DNA of 64,000 nt from Malassezia furfur (lineage: Eukaryota), in assembly GCA_052055015.1 (NCBI GenBank), contig JBQJIT010000006.1. One strand, written 5' to 3'. Positions 32,085 to 44,679 of this stretch are shown here, one piece after another. Both the position numbers and the translations under genes were made by a program. The notes under the pieces are model-generated. The model was given only the letters and a program-made list of their open reading frames with translations. It was not told the origin of the DNA and made no database searches. Within the stretch, counting starts at the first letter, position 1, and each line of letters begins with the position of its first letter.

Positions 32085-33548
32085 CTACAGGAACGGATAG
32101 ATCTCTTCGGGCTCGCGCTCGCCTGCATGTTCCGCACGCTCCGCAGAGACGCACATCACTTTGTATTGCGTGCCCATCCCCGTGGCATCGACCAGGCGTG
32201 CCGCAGCCTGCTCAATGTCCTTGGTCCGGTCCGCCGGGTTGTCCTCCACGAGCTTCTTCACACGGAGGTTCAGGCCAAGCCCGGCAAGGAACTCGCGCTG
32301 CGTCATGGGGCCGTAGCTGCGTGCATCGGTCGTGCTGATCGCATGGCCTAGGAAGGAGAAATCGACGTTCGCCGTCAGGTCCGATTGGCCAGGCAGCTCC
32401 AGCGGATTGACAATCTTGTGCTGGCGGAAAGCACGGAAACTCTCGCTAAAGAAGCGCGCCGCACCGTAGTCCACCACCAGACCACACCCACCGAGCGAGG
32501 GACGTGCACGCGCCTGACGCAGCTCCTCATTGGGCTCCTCTGCAGCTCCTTCGTTGTTCACACGGAGTGCGTCGTAGCCCGAGATCCACTCGCCCATGCG
32601 CCGTGCCACGGCCCAGCTCACCGGGCTCACCTCGACGCGCTGGCCGGGCTGGAAGTGCTTGAACCGCTCGTTCCGTGCAGCGAGCAGCTGCGACCACGGC
32701 GTAGCGCCCGGCGAGACGACGAAGCGCAACTTGGGCTCCGTGCTCGGCTGCTTCTCTTTCAAAAGGTCCGCGGCTTTGAGCACCGTGACGCCCGGCTTCT
32801 CGCCGTGGTCGACGTCCACCAGAACTTCGCGCCATCCCTCAAGTTTCTTCTCGAAGATGTGAATCGGAAGTGCGTCAAAGAACTCATGTGCAATGACAAT
32901 CGTCCACGACTCGGGGTCGACATTCACGCCGTGGTACGACGGGAACCACTCGGCGCGGATCTGATCCGCCTCCAGCTCGGCGACGGGCGTTGCCGGCGAC
33001 ACAATCTTCTTGTTCGCCCGACGCAGCGCCGAGGAGATGCTCTGCTCTTGCTGCGCCAGTAGCGCCGGCGATGCCTCGACCATCTCGAGCGTCTTGATTG
33101 CATTAAACATCTGGGGGAACGCGGAGAAAGTGCGCAGCATATCGCTCAAGAGTGTTCCGCGGCCCGGCCCAAGCTCCACGATGCGAATGCGCTGCGGCGA
33201 CCCAGCGGCCTGCCAGCGCGACACAAAGAACACGGCAAGCAACTCGCCAAACACCTGGCTGATCTCGGGGCTCGTGATAAAGTCACCCCCCGAACCAAGA
33301 ATGCCATGCGTATCTTGCTGAAGTTTGCCAGCGTAGTAGCCGTGGTCCGGGTTCGTCAGGCACGCCTGCATGTACGTTGGCACCGTCATGGGCCCATTCG
33401 CCTTGATGGAGTCGGCGAGGACACGCAGGAGCGCACCCTTGCCCTCATCGCTGTTCGTCGTATCGCTGCTGAGCGCACGCATCGGCACGCGTGTGCGCAC
33501 AGACGCGCGTGCCGCCACGCGCAAGAGGCCGGCTCGTGCTGCCAACAT
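32085..33548 (-). CDS. NDUFAF7/MidA protein arginine methyltransferase
   Basis: GDFITSPEISQVFGEL, VELGPGRGTL, AHEFFDALP, DYG, PGQSDLTANVDF, MGTQYKV. Confidence 0.92.
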   Translation of the reverse strand: MLAARAGLLRVAARASVRTRVPMRALSSDTTNSDEGKGALLRVLADSIKANGPMTVPTYMQACLTNPDHGYYAGKLQQDTHGILGSGGDFITSPEISQVFGELLAVFFVSRWQAAGSPQRIRIVELGPGRGTLLSDMLRTFSAFPQMFNAIKTLEMVEASPALLAQQEQSISSALRRANKKIVSPATPVAELEADQIRAEWFPSYHGVNVDPESWTIVIAHEFFDALPIHIFEKKLEGWREVLVDVDHGEKPGVTVLKAADLLKEKQPSTEPKLRFVVSPGATPWSQLLAARNERFKHFQPGQRVEVSPVSWAVARRMGEWISGYDALRVNNEGAAEEPNEELRQARARPSLGGCGLVVDYGAARFFSESFRAFRQHKIVNPLELPGQSDLTANVDFSFLGHAISTTDARSYGPMTQREFLAGLGLNLRVKKLVEDNPADRTKDIEQAAARLVDATGMGTQYKVMCVSAERAEHAGEREPEEIYPFL

Positions 33549-33643
33549 GGCGTCGTCCAAGAAGGGTGGAGGAGCAAGCGGCCTGTTTAGTCAGGGCGCG
33601 ACAAAAAAAAGCGGCGCGCGCATCGTTCTAGATTCGGTGCACC

Positions 33644-35126
33644 ATGGCGGCCGCCAAGGACAGGTCCTCCAAACGCCGCGCGAAGGACGGTGACGCGGAG
33701 CCATCCAAAAAGAAGGCCAAGACTCAGTCAGAGCCCGCACAAGGGCAGGTCGTGTTCCGCGTCGAGAGCGACGATGCGCCGGTCGGCCCGGTGCTAGCAG
33801 AGATGGCCGAATTTGAGCCGTCGTCGACCGACTTTGCGCTGTACAGTGCGCCAAGCGACGGATCAAATGGGTCCGAATCGGAAAAGAGTGCGACGATGAA
33901 TGACCGTCTTCTCCTTGCGGGAGACACGCCTAAGATCCAGTATCTGTCAAGTAACTGGGGCTGGGGTGCATCGTCGCAGGCCCCGCCCGACCTGCGCCGC
34001 GAGACGCGCGGATACGCGGGCGAGTATTTGCTCGGTGTGTACGACAAGCAGAAGAAACAGGTGACTCTGCGTGCTGTACCTGTCTTTACGATCACCCGCT
34101 CGATCAAGGCGCTCGCGAACGTCAGTGCCATGGCGGTCGAAAGCGGTGCCGACTCTGGGTTTGACTACTCGCGTGCGCGGCGCGATCTGGGCGAGGCATT
34201 CGGTAACAAAAAGCAGAAGCAGGCCGCGCGTAATATGGACCGCATGAAAGTCAACACGGAGAATATGGACGATGTGCTTGAGCATGTCGCCAGTGGCATC
34301 GACGAGTCGGTCAGTGCGCTCCCGTCCGAGAACGAGCTGGCAGCCGCGTTGAACGTGAGCCGCGCACTGCCGCGCGCAAACCTGGAGGCCGAGGACCCCG
34401 CGGATGTATATGCGCTCGACACCATCTTGCCGCCGACTGTGCGCAAAGCACTCTCGACCAAGCCGTTGCTTGCGTGCCAGTCGCAGTCCGAACTGGGCAA
34501 AACGCTACGTTCCTTGCCGCATCCCTCGCCCTGGCTGCTGCCGCGGCTGTGGGAGGTGGTGCAGACCGCTCAGCGGGACGGCTCGGGGTCGAAGGCGGCG
34601 GAATTGGTCCAGGTGGGCTACTATATGGCACTGCTTCTTGCCTTCCGTCGGCAGGCGCGCGTCCTGGGCAAGGGCAACGAAGACCCGCGTGCAACGCTGG
34701 CGCACAAAATGCGCCTTCCAGAGCGCGAGAAGGAGGTGGTGCTGGACGACCTGCTGTCGCGCTTCGCTGAAACTCCGCGCGGCTCCCAAGCGTATGTACA
34801 AGCCGACTCACCCAGACCGATGATGACGGCCACGAGTGACACCAAGCTGTTTGCAGTGATTTTGGTTCTGGCGCTGTACATGGACAACTTCAGCGTCGCG
34901 CCGCAACAGCTCGCGCAGGAACTCAGTGTGCCGACCCAACGGTACGTCGCAGTTGCTCACACGCAGAGTCAGCGAACTGTATCGCTCGTTGGGATGCACC
35001 TCGTCGCAGTCGACGCAGCACGATGTGGAAGAGGGCCAGGCGGTATCGCATGCCGTCAAGCGGTGGCGCCTCAAGATCCCGCTCGTGTTCCCACAGCAGC
35101 GGAAGCGAGGCCCTCCACGGCGCTAG
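33644..35126 (+). CDS. RPA49: RNA polymerase I subunit A49; introns 34792-34815 (24 nt) and 34942-34966 (25 nt)
   Basis: YLLGVYDK, ARRDLGEAFGNKKQK, LPRANLEAEDPADVY, spliced QR|VSELYRSLGC...LKIPLVFP. Confidence 0.85.
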
Positions 35127-35139
35127 GGTCGTAGATATT

Positions 35140-35458
35140 TTATTCCATGGCATCCGGCAGACTGGCCATAGCGAGCGGCGGGAGCTGGCGCCCGCGCTCC
35201 GAGCCTGCGGTGGACGCGTGCATGTCGTAGTAGGTCTGGAGCGAGACGTTACGCACGTCCTGTGGGATCTTGTGTAGACGCGCCTCCATCTGAGCACGCG
35301 CTGCCTCAACACACCGGTAGGCGCCGCGCTCGAGCCGCGTAAGCAGTTTTTCGCCTGGGATGAGCCGGTCACGTACATTCGAGGTCGTAGTTGGCAAGCA
35401 CCTCCTCAATCTGCTCCTCCGTCAGCCGCGTCGTCGGGCGCGTACGCTTGCTGCTCAT
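35140..35458 (-). CDS. Small Nbl1/Borealin N-terminal-domain protein; 22-nt intron 35355-35376
   Basis: Spliced MSSKRTRPTTRLTEEQIEEVLANYDLE|CEKLLTRLER...MEARLHKIPQDVRNVSLQTY matches the Nbl1_Borealin_N pattern. Confidence 0.7.
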
Positions 35459-35517
35459 GGTGAGGATAACAACACCTGTCACGTGAGGTCTGTGCACGCG
35501 TTGCCACGCCCAGAGCC

Positions 35518-36366
35518 ATGCCGCGCGCAGGCACCGCGGTCGCGGACGGCGTGTGGACGCATGCGTATCTCATTTGTGCGCACTTGGCATTACCGGGATG
35601 GGATGCGGTAGCGCCTGCGCGGCACGACCTTTTTGGTGGCTATTTGGTATTGGACACGCACCACATTCTCACTGTCGCCCAACGCGACGCACCAGGGGCG
35701 CCAGGCGCATACGTGCGCGTCCGACCGGGACAGTGGGCCCTCGCACGGCACATCGACCGGGGCGAGGCCATCCCAGATACGGAGCACGACTTGCCACAAC
35801 CCACCGATGCACCCGTCCCTCCATGGGCATGTGCGGCATTCCGGTTGGGAATGCGGTGGCTTGTGCGCCTGCACGCACATACCCCGATGGCACGATGGCG
35901 CGACCCCAGCGCCGCGGCGTACATCTGCACCCGCGCACCATACATCCAATGTCGCACAATGTGGACAGTGTACGCTGCGCCGCCCGGTCATGAGAGCGAT
36001 TATGCATTACACATCGACGGAACGCTAGCGTCCCAACGGAGGACCGCACTATGTGTCCGCGTCGAGCGCGAGCGGGAAGCCGTTGTGGTCGAGCAGTCTG
36101 AATATCACCCGCGCACACGCCGCAGCACACATGCGCAAACGCGCCTCCCACGAACGCGCGCGTCTCACAGCGCCGGCTCGACGTCCTGGCTTGTACAGTA
36201 TGTGCTCGCGAGTGATGCACGTATTGCGCAAGTGTGTGCGATGATGCACCAGACGCCTGACACCTCAGCCACTGCGCCAAGTCTCACACCGCGTCGACAA
36301 ACGGAGCTGTATGCGCTGGAGCAGCGCTGGTACCGTCAACGGCCCATGACACGTCAGCCATTCTAA
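35518..36366 (+). CDS. Hypothetical protein (282 aa)
   Basis: Longest ORF filling the gap between the Borealin-like gene and ARF1; no motif recognised; true exon structure uncertain. Confidence 0.45.
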   Translation: MPRAGTAVADGVWTHAYLICAHLALPGWDAVAPARHDLFGGYLVLDTHHILTVAQRDAPGAPGAYVRVRPGQWALARHIDRGEAIPDTEHDLPQPTDAPVPPWACAAFRLGMRWLVRLHAHTPMARWRDPSAAAYICTRAPYIQCRTMWTVYAAPPGHESDYALHIDGTLASQRRTALCVRVEREREAVVVEQSEYHPRTRRSTHAQTRLPRTRASHSAGSTSWLVQYVLASDARIAQVCAMMHQTPDTSATAPSLTPRRQTELYALEQRWYRQRPMTRQPF

Positions 36367-36613
36367 ACACGAGAATTGTCGGGAGGCAGCGAAGCAGCCC
36401 CAAGCATAGAGACAAGCTCTCTCGGCACGCATTAGTGGCCTCCCTTATCCGTCTAGTTCCGCGTCCATGTCGAAGAGCCACGCGAACGACCCACCAACTT
36501 GGTATAGCAGAACGGAGAGTGGAAGAAACCCGCGTGCGGCACGCGCTCACATAAGCAGCTGCGGCACCGCCAGCGCAGGACGCGCAGGCATGTGCCGTGG
36601 AGTAGCCTAGTAG

Positions 36614-37479
<866 letters not shown>

Positions 37480-38123
37480 ATGTGATGCATGGCTCGGACC
37501 CTGCATGGCGGCCCATTCATCGCACTTTTTGACGGTTGTGCAAAGAGATAGTGTCATGTATGGGTATTTCGATGCCTTGCTTTGCAATGTGGATGGGAAG
37601 CAGTGGGGTTGTGTGCCCCGCGCGCGTTGGACGCGGGTGCTGATCGGGGGCGATCAACGTGGAGAGCGCGTCAGACACGCGGGTGCCCTTGCTTGACGGC
37701 CAGTGTGTACGTAACAGGGAGCGCCCATACGATCTATGGTGCTATGTGCCATTGCAGTCGCGGTGCGATACGACTGGGATGCGGCCGGCCCCGGGCGCCT
37801 GCGTGGTGGATCACCGCGCGCGCGGCGGGTCCCTTTTCCTGTCTGCGTGCCCTGGCGGCGAGGGCGGTCTGCGTGGCGCTTAAGCTGCACATGGATTTCT
37901 GACCAATCACTAAGGTGCATTGGCCCGATCCGCGGAGGCCGTAGGCTGAAAAACCACATGACCTGATTGCGGACCAGACCGGATGGGGCACGCGCGTGAC
38001 GCTGGTCGGGCGCACGGGCGTTGCAATTTTTCACGCAGACGATCCCACGCGCGCTTGTGATTAACAGGGAAAGAGCGTCTTGACCTGCTTCTTGTTGGTG
38101 CCAGCGAGGCGTGGTGAGCCACG

Positions 38124-40940
38124 ATGGACACCCCCCCCCAGCCGCGATCGGCGCGGCGCAAGAGCATCCGGACGTTTGTGGACACGCTGGGCCAGCGGCT
38201 CCACAGACGCCCCAGTACGTCGGTGCCGCCGTCGCTCGATATGGAGCGGCCACATGAGCGCTCGCTGCATGCGCGCGTACGCCCACGCAGTGGCCGTGCT
38301 ACACCGTCCGATTCGGCACAGCCGCGGCCATATATGCTGCGCCCAGATGAGCTGACGCAACGGCTTTCGCCGAATCCCCGCGCGCCACTGCAAACGGACC
38401 GCGCGCTGCCACAAACGCCACTGGTATCGTCGCCAACGATGCCTGCGCACCCCGTCAAGCTCGAAGTGCCGCTGACGGAGCGCAATGCAATCTCGGCGCC
38501 CGTATCGCCGGCGCGCGAAGATTTGCCGCGGGGGTGGGACGAGCCACAGGCGCCTGGGCAGTTCCCTGGCGACAACGACGACGATGAGGACGAAGAGAAG
38601 GAGTCGTGGCTTTCGTTCCTTACACAGAGCATCCCGTTTCTGTCGGGTTGGACGTGGGAAGGTCTGCATCTGGGCGGCAATCCGCACCAGCCGCACCACC
38701 TGCACCACCCCCACTTCCTGCAGCACCTGCGTGAGGAGCATGCGTCGGCGTCAGAGAGCCAGCGTACCGACACCGAGTTCCCGTTCATCGAGTCCGAGGT
38801 GGAGATCGAGACGACGCCTGAGGCCGGCGAGGAGGCCCGTGCGGGAGCCAAAGACGACTACTTCGTCTACCCGACGCAGCGCGCGAGCAAGAAGCGGCAT
38901 TGGCACACAAGCACGCCGCTGAGCCATCCCTTTTCGCGGCACCGCAAGAGCAAGCACGCCAAGCTGCCCGAGGCGCCTCCGCCCAAAGAGGACGAGACCT
39001 GGAACCTGATCAGCGCCACCGAGACGCCGATCGCGTCGGCAGACAACGGTGCGCCCGAGTTCCACCCGAGTGCGCCGAGCTCGAGCGCGCTCAGCAAGAA
39101 GCTGCAGGAGCTCGACGAGGTGGAAATCAACATGTTTCTGCAAAACTTTGGGCGACACACGCGCGAGGTGCGGCTGCTGGGCAACACACAGCACTTTGCG
39201 CGCATGCCACAGTGGAGCGACTTTGCCTACTCGTCCGATGAGGACGAGGAGCACGGCGACGACGACGCGACCGCGACGCACCCCGACCCGCACCGGCGCT
39301 CGCGCCTGCTCATGCACATCGACCGAGGCCTGCAGCAGCTGCAGCCAGAAGGTCTGCCAAATGCGGTGCCGGAGCAAGGGACGGTGCCTGGCGGCCCTGA
39401 CCGCCTCGCAAAGACGACGTCGTGTGTGCTGCCGTCTAAGGGCACGTCCGGGTATGCCCTCTTTTGTGGCGACGAGCGCGAGGACAATGGGCGTGCGGAG
39501 CTCGTGCACGAATTGTACGCCGACTCGCCGCTGATTGCGCCGGCCTTGCCACGCCGCGCCGCCGAGGAGTCGGCGGGCGACTCCCAGTCCCACGCGAACT
39601 CGACCAACGACGACACGGACGCGTACGAGAGTGCCAGCAACGTGCTGCCCGAGCCGAAGCGGCGCAAGCGCCCGCGGGCGGAGCGCGGCGTGCGCGAGGA
39701 CCGTGTGGACGGCGTAGCGTTCTGCATCGCGTACATCCTCGCGATCATCGAGCAGTACGCGCCGAACGACTTGGACGAGGCGCCCATCACCGAGTACCGC
39801 GAGTCCCGTGCGCGGTCGCACTTGGAGCGCCTGTACATTATTGCGCCGTTCTGGGAGCAGCTCTTCCACCGCCTGCGTGAACTGTACTGCTGGCAGAACC
39901 CGCGGCGGACGGCGGCGGCGGCGATGATCTACTTTGTGCTGTGGTACACCGACATGCTGCCTGCAGCGTTCTTTGCAACGCTGCTCTACTACGTGTTGCA
40001 GTTCCGCTACATGCCGCCGGACGAGTCGTACCTACACCAAAAGGTGCAGCAGCGCATGCAGCGCGGTATCGATGCGAACCGTTTGGCCGAGCGGCTGAAG
40101 CGGCGCAGCCGCCTCGACATTCTCGACATCTACAAGCGCTGGCAGAACACATACGGCATCGCAAGCCAAGTGATGACGGGCGACATTGCCGACTTCCACG
40201 AAAAAGTGAAAAACATCCTGCTGTGGCGCAACCCGCGAGCGAGCCGTAGCACGGTCGCGATGCTCTCGGCGCTGACTGCATTCACGACCGTGTGCTCGGC
40301 ACACTGCGTGTTCAAGACGTTCATGTTTCTACTCGGCTTCACCTTCTTTGCGCTGATGCCGCTCCAGGCGCACTACCCGCGCTACCGCCGCCCGCTCAAC
40401 CCGCTCTGGTGGCTCGTGCTCGGCTCGCCGACCGATGCGCAGTACGCCGTGCAGCTCCTGCGCGAGCGCCACCAGCGGCAGCAGAACTGGCTGCAGCAGT
40501 ACCAGGCGAGCGACTCGGGCGCCAGCGACTCCCGCAAGCAGGCGTACGACGAACCGCTCTCACCCTCGCACATGCACGAGGTGCGCCGCGAGGAGCTGGA
40601 CGCGTCGCCCGTGCAGGACAAGCGGCCGCTAAGCAACAAGCGGCTAGGCAGCTTCTTGTGTCAGCACCACGGCATGCCCGGCCACCTCGTCATAACGCCG
40701 ACGCACCTCTACTTCAACCCGCTGCACATTGTCGGCTCCGGCAAGCACTACCTGACGCGCCTCGACGACATTGTCGGTCTGCGCAAGACGCACTCGCTGC
40801 GGCTCTGGCTGTGGAGCAGCAACGGGCTCAAGGTGTCGCTGCGCAACCGCGGCTCGCTCCAGTTCCAAAACATGACGCACCGCGACGATGCGTTCAATTT
40901 GTTGCTCACGTTTGGCTCCGAAGTGTGGCGCAAAGTGTAA
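38124..40940 (+). CDS. Membrane protein with a DUF3292-like hydrophobic region and a C-terminal GRAM/PH-like domain
   Basis: ELYCWQNPRRTAAAAMIYFVLW, IADFHEKVKNILLWRNP, and C-terminal SFLCQHHGMPGHLVIT...LDDIVGLRK. Confidence 0.65.
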   Translation: MDTPPQPRSARRKSIRTFVDTLGQRLHRRPSTSVPPSLDMERPHERSLHARVRPRSGRATPSDSAQPRPYMLRPDELTQRLSPNPRAPLQTDRALPQTPLVSSPTMPAHPVKLEVPLTERNAISAPVSPAREDLPRGWDEPQAPGQFPGDNDDDEDEEKESWLSFLTQSIPFLSGWTWEGLHLGGNPHQPHHLHHPHFLQHLREEHASASESQRTDTEFPFIESEVEIETTPEAGEEARAGAKDDYFVYPTQRASKKRHWHTSTPLSHPFSRHRKSKHAKLPEAPPPKEDETWNLISATETPIASADNGAPEFHPSAPSSSALSKKLQELDEVEINMFLQNFGRHTREVRLLGNTQHFARMPQWSDFAYSSDEDEEHGDDDATATHPDPHRRSRLLMHIDRGLQQLQPEGLPNAVPEQGTVPGGPDRLAKTTSCVLPSKGTSGYALFCGDEREDNGRAELVHELYADSPLIAPALPRRAAEESAGDSQSHANSTNDDTDAYESASNVLPEPKRRKRPRAERGVREDRVDGVAFCIAYILAIIEQYAPNDLDEAPITEYRESRARSHLERLYIIAPFWEQLFHRLRELYCWQNPRRTAAAAMIYFVLWYTDMLPAAFFATLLYYVLQFRYMPPDESYLHQKVQQRMQRGIDANRLAERLKRRSRLDILDIYKRWQNTYGIASQVMTGDIADFHEKVKNILLWRNPRASRSTVAMLSALTAFTTVCSAHCVFKTFMFLLGFTFFALMPLQAHYPRYRRPLNPLWWLVLGSPTDAQYAVQLLRERHQRQQNWLQQYQASDSGASDSRKQAYDEPLSPSHMHEVRREELDASPVQDKRPLSNKRLGSFLCQHHGMPGHLVITPTHLYFNPLHIVGSGKHYLTRLDDIVGLRKTHSLRLWLWSSNGLKVSLRNRGSLQFQNMTHRDDAFNLLLTFGSEVWRKV

Positions 40941-40955
40941 TTGTAAATAGACTCG

Positions 40956-42666
40956 CTACGGACGGAACGGCTTGCGCTTCTCGCGGTCCCACCCATCGTT
41001 GCGGATCAGCTCGGCGCCGCGCTCGGCGATCATGAGGATCGTGAGCATCGGGTTCACCGACGGGATCGTCGGCAGGACACTCGCATCGCACACACGCAGG
41101 CCCGTCAGGCCCACGACGCTCAGGTCTTTTTGGTCCACCACGACGGTGTCGGCGTCCGCGTTGCCCTTGCCGTAGCTCGGCGGCGTGCCCATACGGCACG
41201 TGCCCGCGGGGTGGTACACGGTGTGCGCCACCTTGCGGGCGTAGTCCGAGATCTGCTCGTCCGTCTGGCACTCGGGGCCCGGCGCCACCTCACGCAGGAG
41301 GTGCTTGGCAAACGGCTGCTGCTGCGCCACCTTGCGCGCAATCTTGATACCCTCCACAAACAGGCGCTCGTCGTACTTGTCCGAGTCCTGGAAGTAGCGG
41401 AAGTCGATGTGCGGCTTGGCGCGGGGGTCGTTGCTCTCCAGCCACACCTTGCCGCGGCCGCGCGAGCGCATCGCGTTGGGCGTCATGCAGATCGCGTGCT
41501 TCGGCACGTCGTAGCCGTGGCGCTCCGTGTTCTCCACAAACGGCACCTGGTAAATGTGGAACATCAGGTCGGGGCCGGGGTGCGGCACGGGCTCCGCGTC
41601 CTGCGGCAGGGCGCGCAGGAAAAGACCGGCATCGGACGCCATGACCGTCTCCTGCGGCGTCTCGGCCGTCTCCCAGATAATGATCGTCTCGGGGTGATCA
41701 TTCAGGTTCGCACCCACACCCGGCAGATCGTGCCGGCAGGGAATGCCGACACGCTCCAGGTCGGCGCGCGGGCCAATGCCCGACAGCAGCATCAGGCGCG
41801 GCGTGTCAAACGCACCGGCCGCGAGGATCACCTCACGACGCGCACGGATCACCTTGCGGTGGCCGTCCTTGGACTCGGCAAACACGCCGCGCACGCGCTT
41901 GGGGTCCTCGGCGTCAAACTCGAGGCAGTTGACCCACGTCTCGAGGAAGAGATGCAGGTTCTTGCGCGGCATCGACCCGTTTTTCATGATCGGGTGCATG
42001 TACGCCGTGCTCGCACTGCTGCGGTAGCCGTTGTACGGGTTGTACGAGATGTTGAAGAAGCCCACCGCCTTGTCAAAGCCGCCGCGGTACACGATCTGGG
42101 AGTTCATGTCCTCCATGATAGGCGCGCCCGTCGCCGCCTGGCATGCCTCGACCCAGTCCCACACGACATGGTTGCGCTGCTGCGGCGCAATCGGCGTCAC
42201 GTTCATCTTCAGACGCGAGCCGTACGGCTGCAGCGTGCCCGCACCCCAGTCGGGGCACCCGTGGTGGTCACGCCAGATGTTCAGGTCCTCGTTGAAAGGG
42301 AAGAAGGAGATCAGCGTGTTGTGCGACGAGCAGCCGCCCAGCACCTTGGCGCGCGAGTGGTGGATGTGCGAGTTACCCCGCGGCTGCTCGGTGATGGTAT
42401 AGTCGTAGTCGAGCTCACTCCCGAGCAGCTCAAGCCAGCGGCGCAGGTTCAGAACGCTGGATTAGCACAGGCCCCACGTACCGGTCCTCGTCCTCGTCCG
42501 TCTTGCCGCCCTCGATAACGGCGACGCTCACGCCGCTGTCCTCAGTCAGACGGTTGGCCAGCACACATCCGGCCGTGCCGCCACCAACAATCACATAGTC
42601 ATACTCCTCCGGCTTGCTATCGGAAAGGTGCGACGCAACGGCCTGCAACCGGTTCTGGGCGGACAT
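40956..42666 (-). CDS. Choline oxidase-like GMC flavoprotein with an N-terminal PTS2; 25-nt intron 42457-42481
   Basis: [72 protein letters not shown] = RLx5HL. Confidence 0.85.
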
Positions 42667-42765
42667 TTTTTGGCAGAAGAATGGGAAAAAATGCGCACGG
42701 CCGAACGCGCAGTTAAGTCGCCTGTCGAAATCACGTGGAGGTTTGATGGGTTGATCAGGGCAGAC

Positions 42766-44600
42766 CTACTTGCCAGGCACCTGGTAGTCCCAGCCCTGCG
42801 TCCGCAGGCGCTCGACCTTGTCCATGACGCCACGCTCCATCTCACGCTGGTAGGCTTCAAGCTTATCCATGTACGTAGGAATGCCGGTGCCGAGCATGCG
42901 CACGGCGAGCAGACCAGCATTCATGCCGTTATTGATCGCCACGCTCGCGACAGGTACACCGCGCTAGGAGGTCAGTAGGTCGTACGTACCGGCATCTGCA
43001 CGATGCTGTGCAGCGAGTCGACACCATCGAGTGTGCTGCCTTTCACAGGCACACCAATCACCGGCAGTGGCGTCTGTGCGGCCACCATACCAGGCAGATG
43101 CGCCGCACCGCCCGCACCGGCGATGATCACACGCAGCCCACGTGCGCGTGCGTCGTTCGCATACGTCTTCATCCGGTCCGGCGTGCGGTGCGCGCTCACG
43201 ATCGTCAGCTCAAACGGCACACCGAACTGCTTCAGAATCTGCGCGGCGGGCAGCATCACGGGCAGGTCGCTGTCAGAGCCCATGATCACCCCCACGAGGG
43301 GATGCGCGTGCGCAAAGTCACTCGGCGCATAGCCACCAGCAGCGCGCGTCGCCTGCGCGCGTGCCTCGGCCGCCGCAGTGTCCCAGGGTGTTCCGGCCTT
43401 GGCCGACTCCTTGGCAATCGCCAGCTCGTCCAGCAGCACCTGCACGCGTTCGGCGACCTCGGCGTCGGACTCGCCCACAATGTTGATGTGCCCCATCTTG
43501 CGGCCGGGGCGGCATCCCTCCTTGCCGTAAAGGTGCACCGTCGTGCCCGGTACGCTCAAGCTGCGCTTGGCCATCGCCAGCGTCTTGGCAATCGCGTCGC
43601 GGTCCTTGCTCAGGTCAGCAAGGCCCAGGATGTTGATCATCGCCGCTGCCGGCACCTTGAGTGCCGTGCTGCCGAGCGGCAGGCCCACCACTGCACGCAG
43701 GTGGTTCTCAAACTGCGTCGTGTCGGACGCCTCCTGCGTGTAATGCCCACTGTTGTGCGGCCGCGGCGCAATTTCGTTGATGAGCAGCTCGCCGTCGGGC
43801 ATCAAGAAGAGCTCGACGCCAAAGATGCCTGCACCGCTGAACGTGGCAATGGCGCGCTCCGCGACCTCGCGCGCGCGCTCGTCGAGTCCCGGGATCGCAT
43901 CGCGCAGCGGCGCATAGACGCGGTGACAGATGCTGTTCTCGTGGATCGTCTCCACGGCCGTGTACGCCACGACCTGGCCCTCGACGCTGCGCACCACCAT
44001 CACAGCCACCTCCTTGTCAAACGGCGCCCACTTTTCTGCATACAGCTCGCGCTTGCCGCCGCCGAGCGCCTCTAGCGCCGCGGGAATATCGTCCTTCGAG
44101 CGGAGCACATAGTTGCCCCGGCCGTCGTAGGCCTGCGTCCGCGATTTGAGCATGAGCGGGAGACCAAACTTCTCGATGGCCGCGTCCACGTTGCCGTTCT
44201 CAATCGCGACAAAGTCCACCACGGGCACCTTTTCGCGCTGCAGGTGTACCTTTTGCTGGTACTTGTCCTGGATGAGCTTGATCGTCGCGGGCGACGGGTG
44301 CACCGCCTTCACGAGGCCCTGGTCAAGCACGGCCTGCAGCTGGTCCGCATCTACATGCTCGATCTCGACCGTGAGCACGTCGACCTGCTTGGCGAGCTCG
44401 GCAATCTTGTCCGCATCCGAAAAAGCGCCGTCCACGTGCTGAGGCCCCCCGACCGAGGCCGGCACATTCGTGATCTGCTTCGCGGGCGTGTTGTCGCCCA
44501 CATCCAAGAAGCGCACAGTCACATTCAGACGCGCAGCTGCTTCGGCAAACATACGGCCCAGCTGGCCGCCGCCCAGCACGCCCACCACCGTGCTGTCCAT
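42766..44600 (-). CDS. ADE2: Phosphoribosylaminoimidazole carboxylase; 26-nt intron 42964-42989
   Basis: [44 protein letters not shown], spliced [15 protein letters not shown]. Confidence 0.96.
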
Positions 44601-44679
44601 GGTACGGAAAAAACCGAGCAAGAGTGCTGACTCAGCGCGTGGGGCGCACGGGCGCAGCGTGCAGCGAGCGTCCAAGGCC

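Noticed and set aside
36381..36444. GGGAGGC/GCCTCCC inverted repeat upstream of ARF1
   Set aside because: A single 7-bp stem with no convincing box motifs; could be chance
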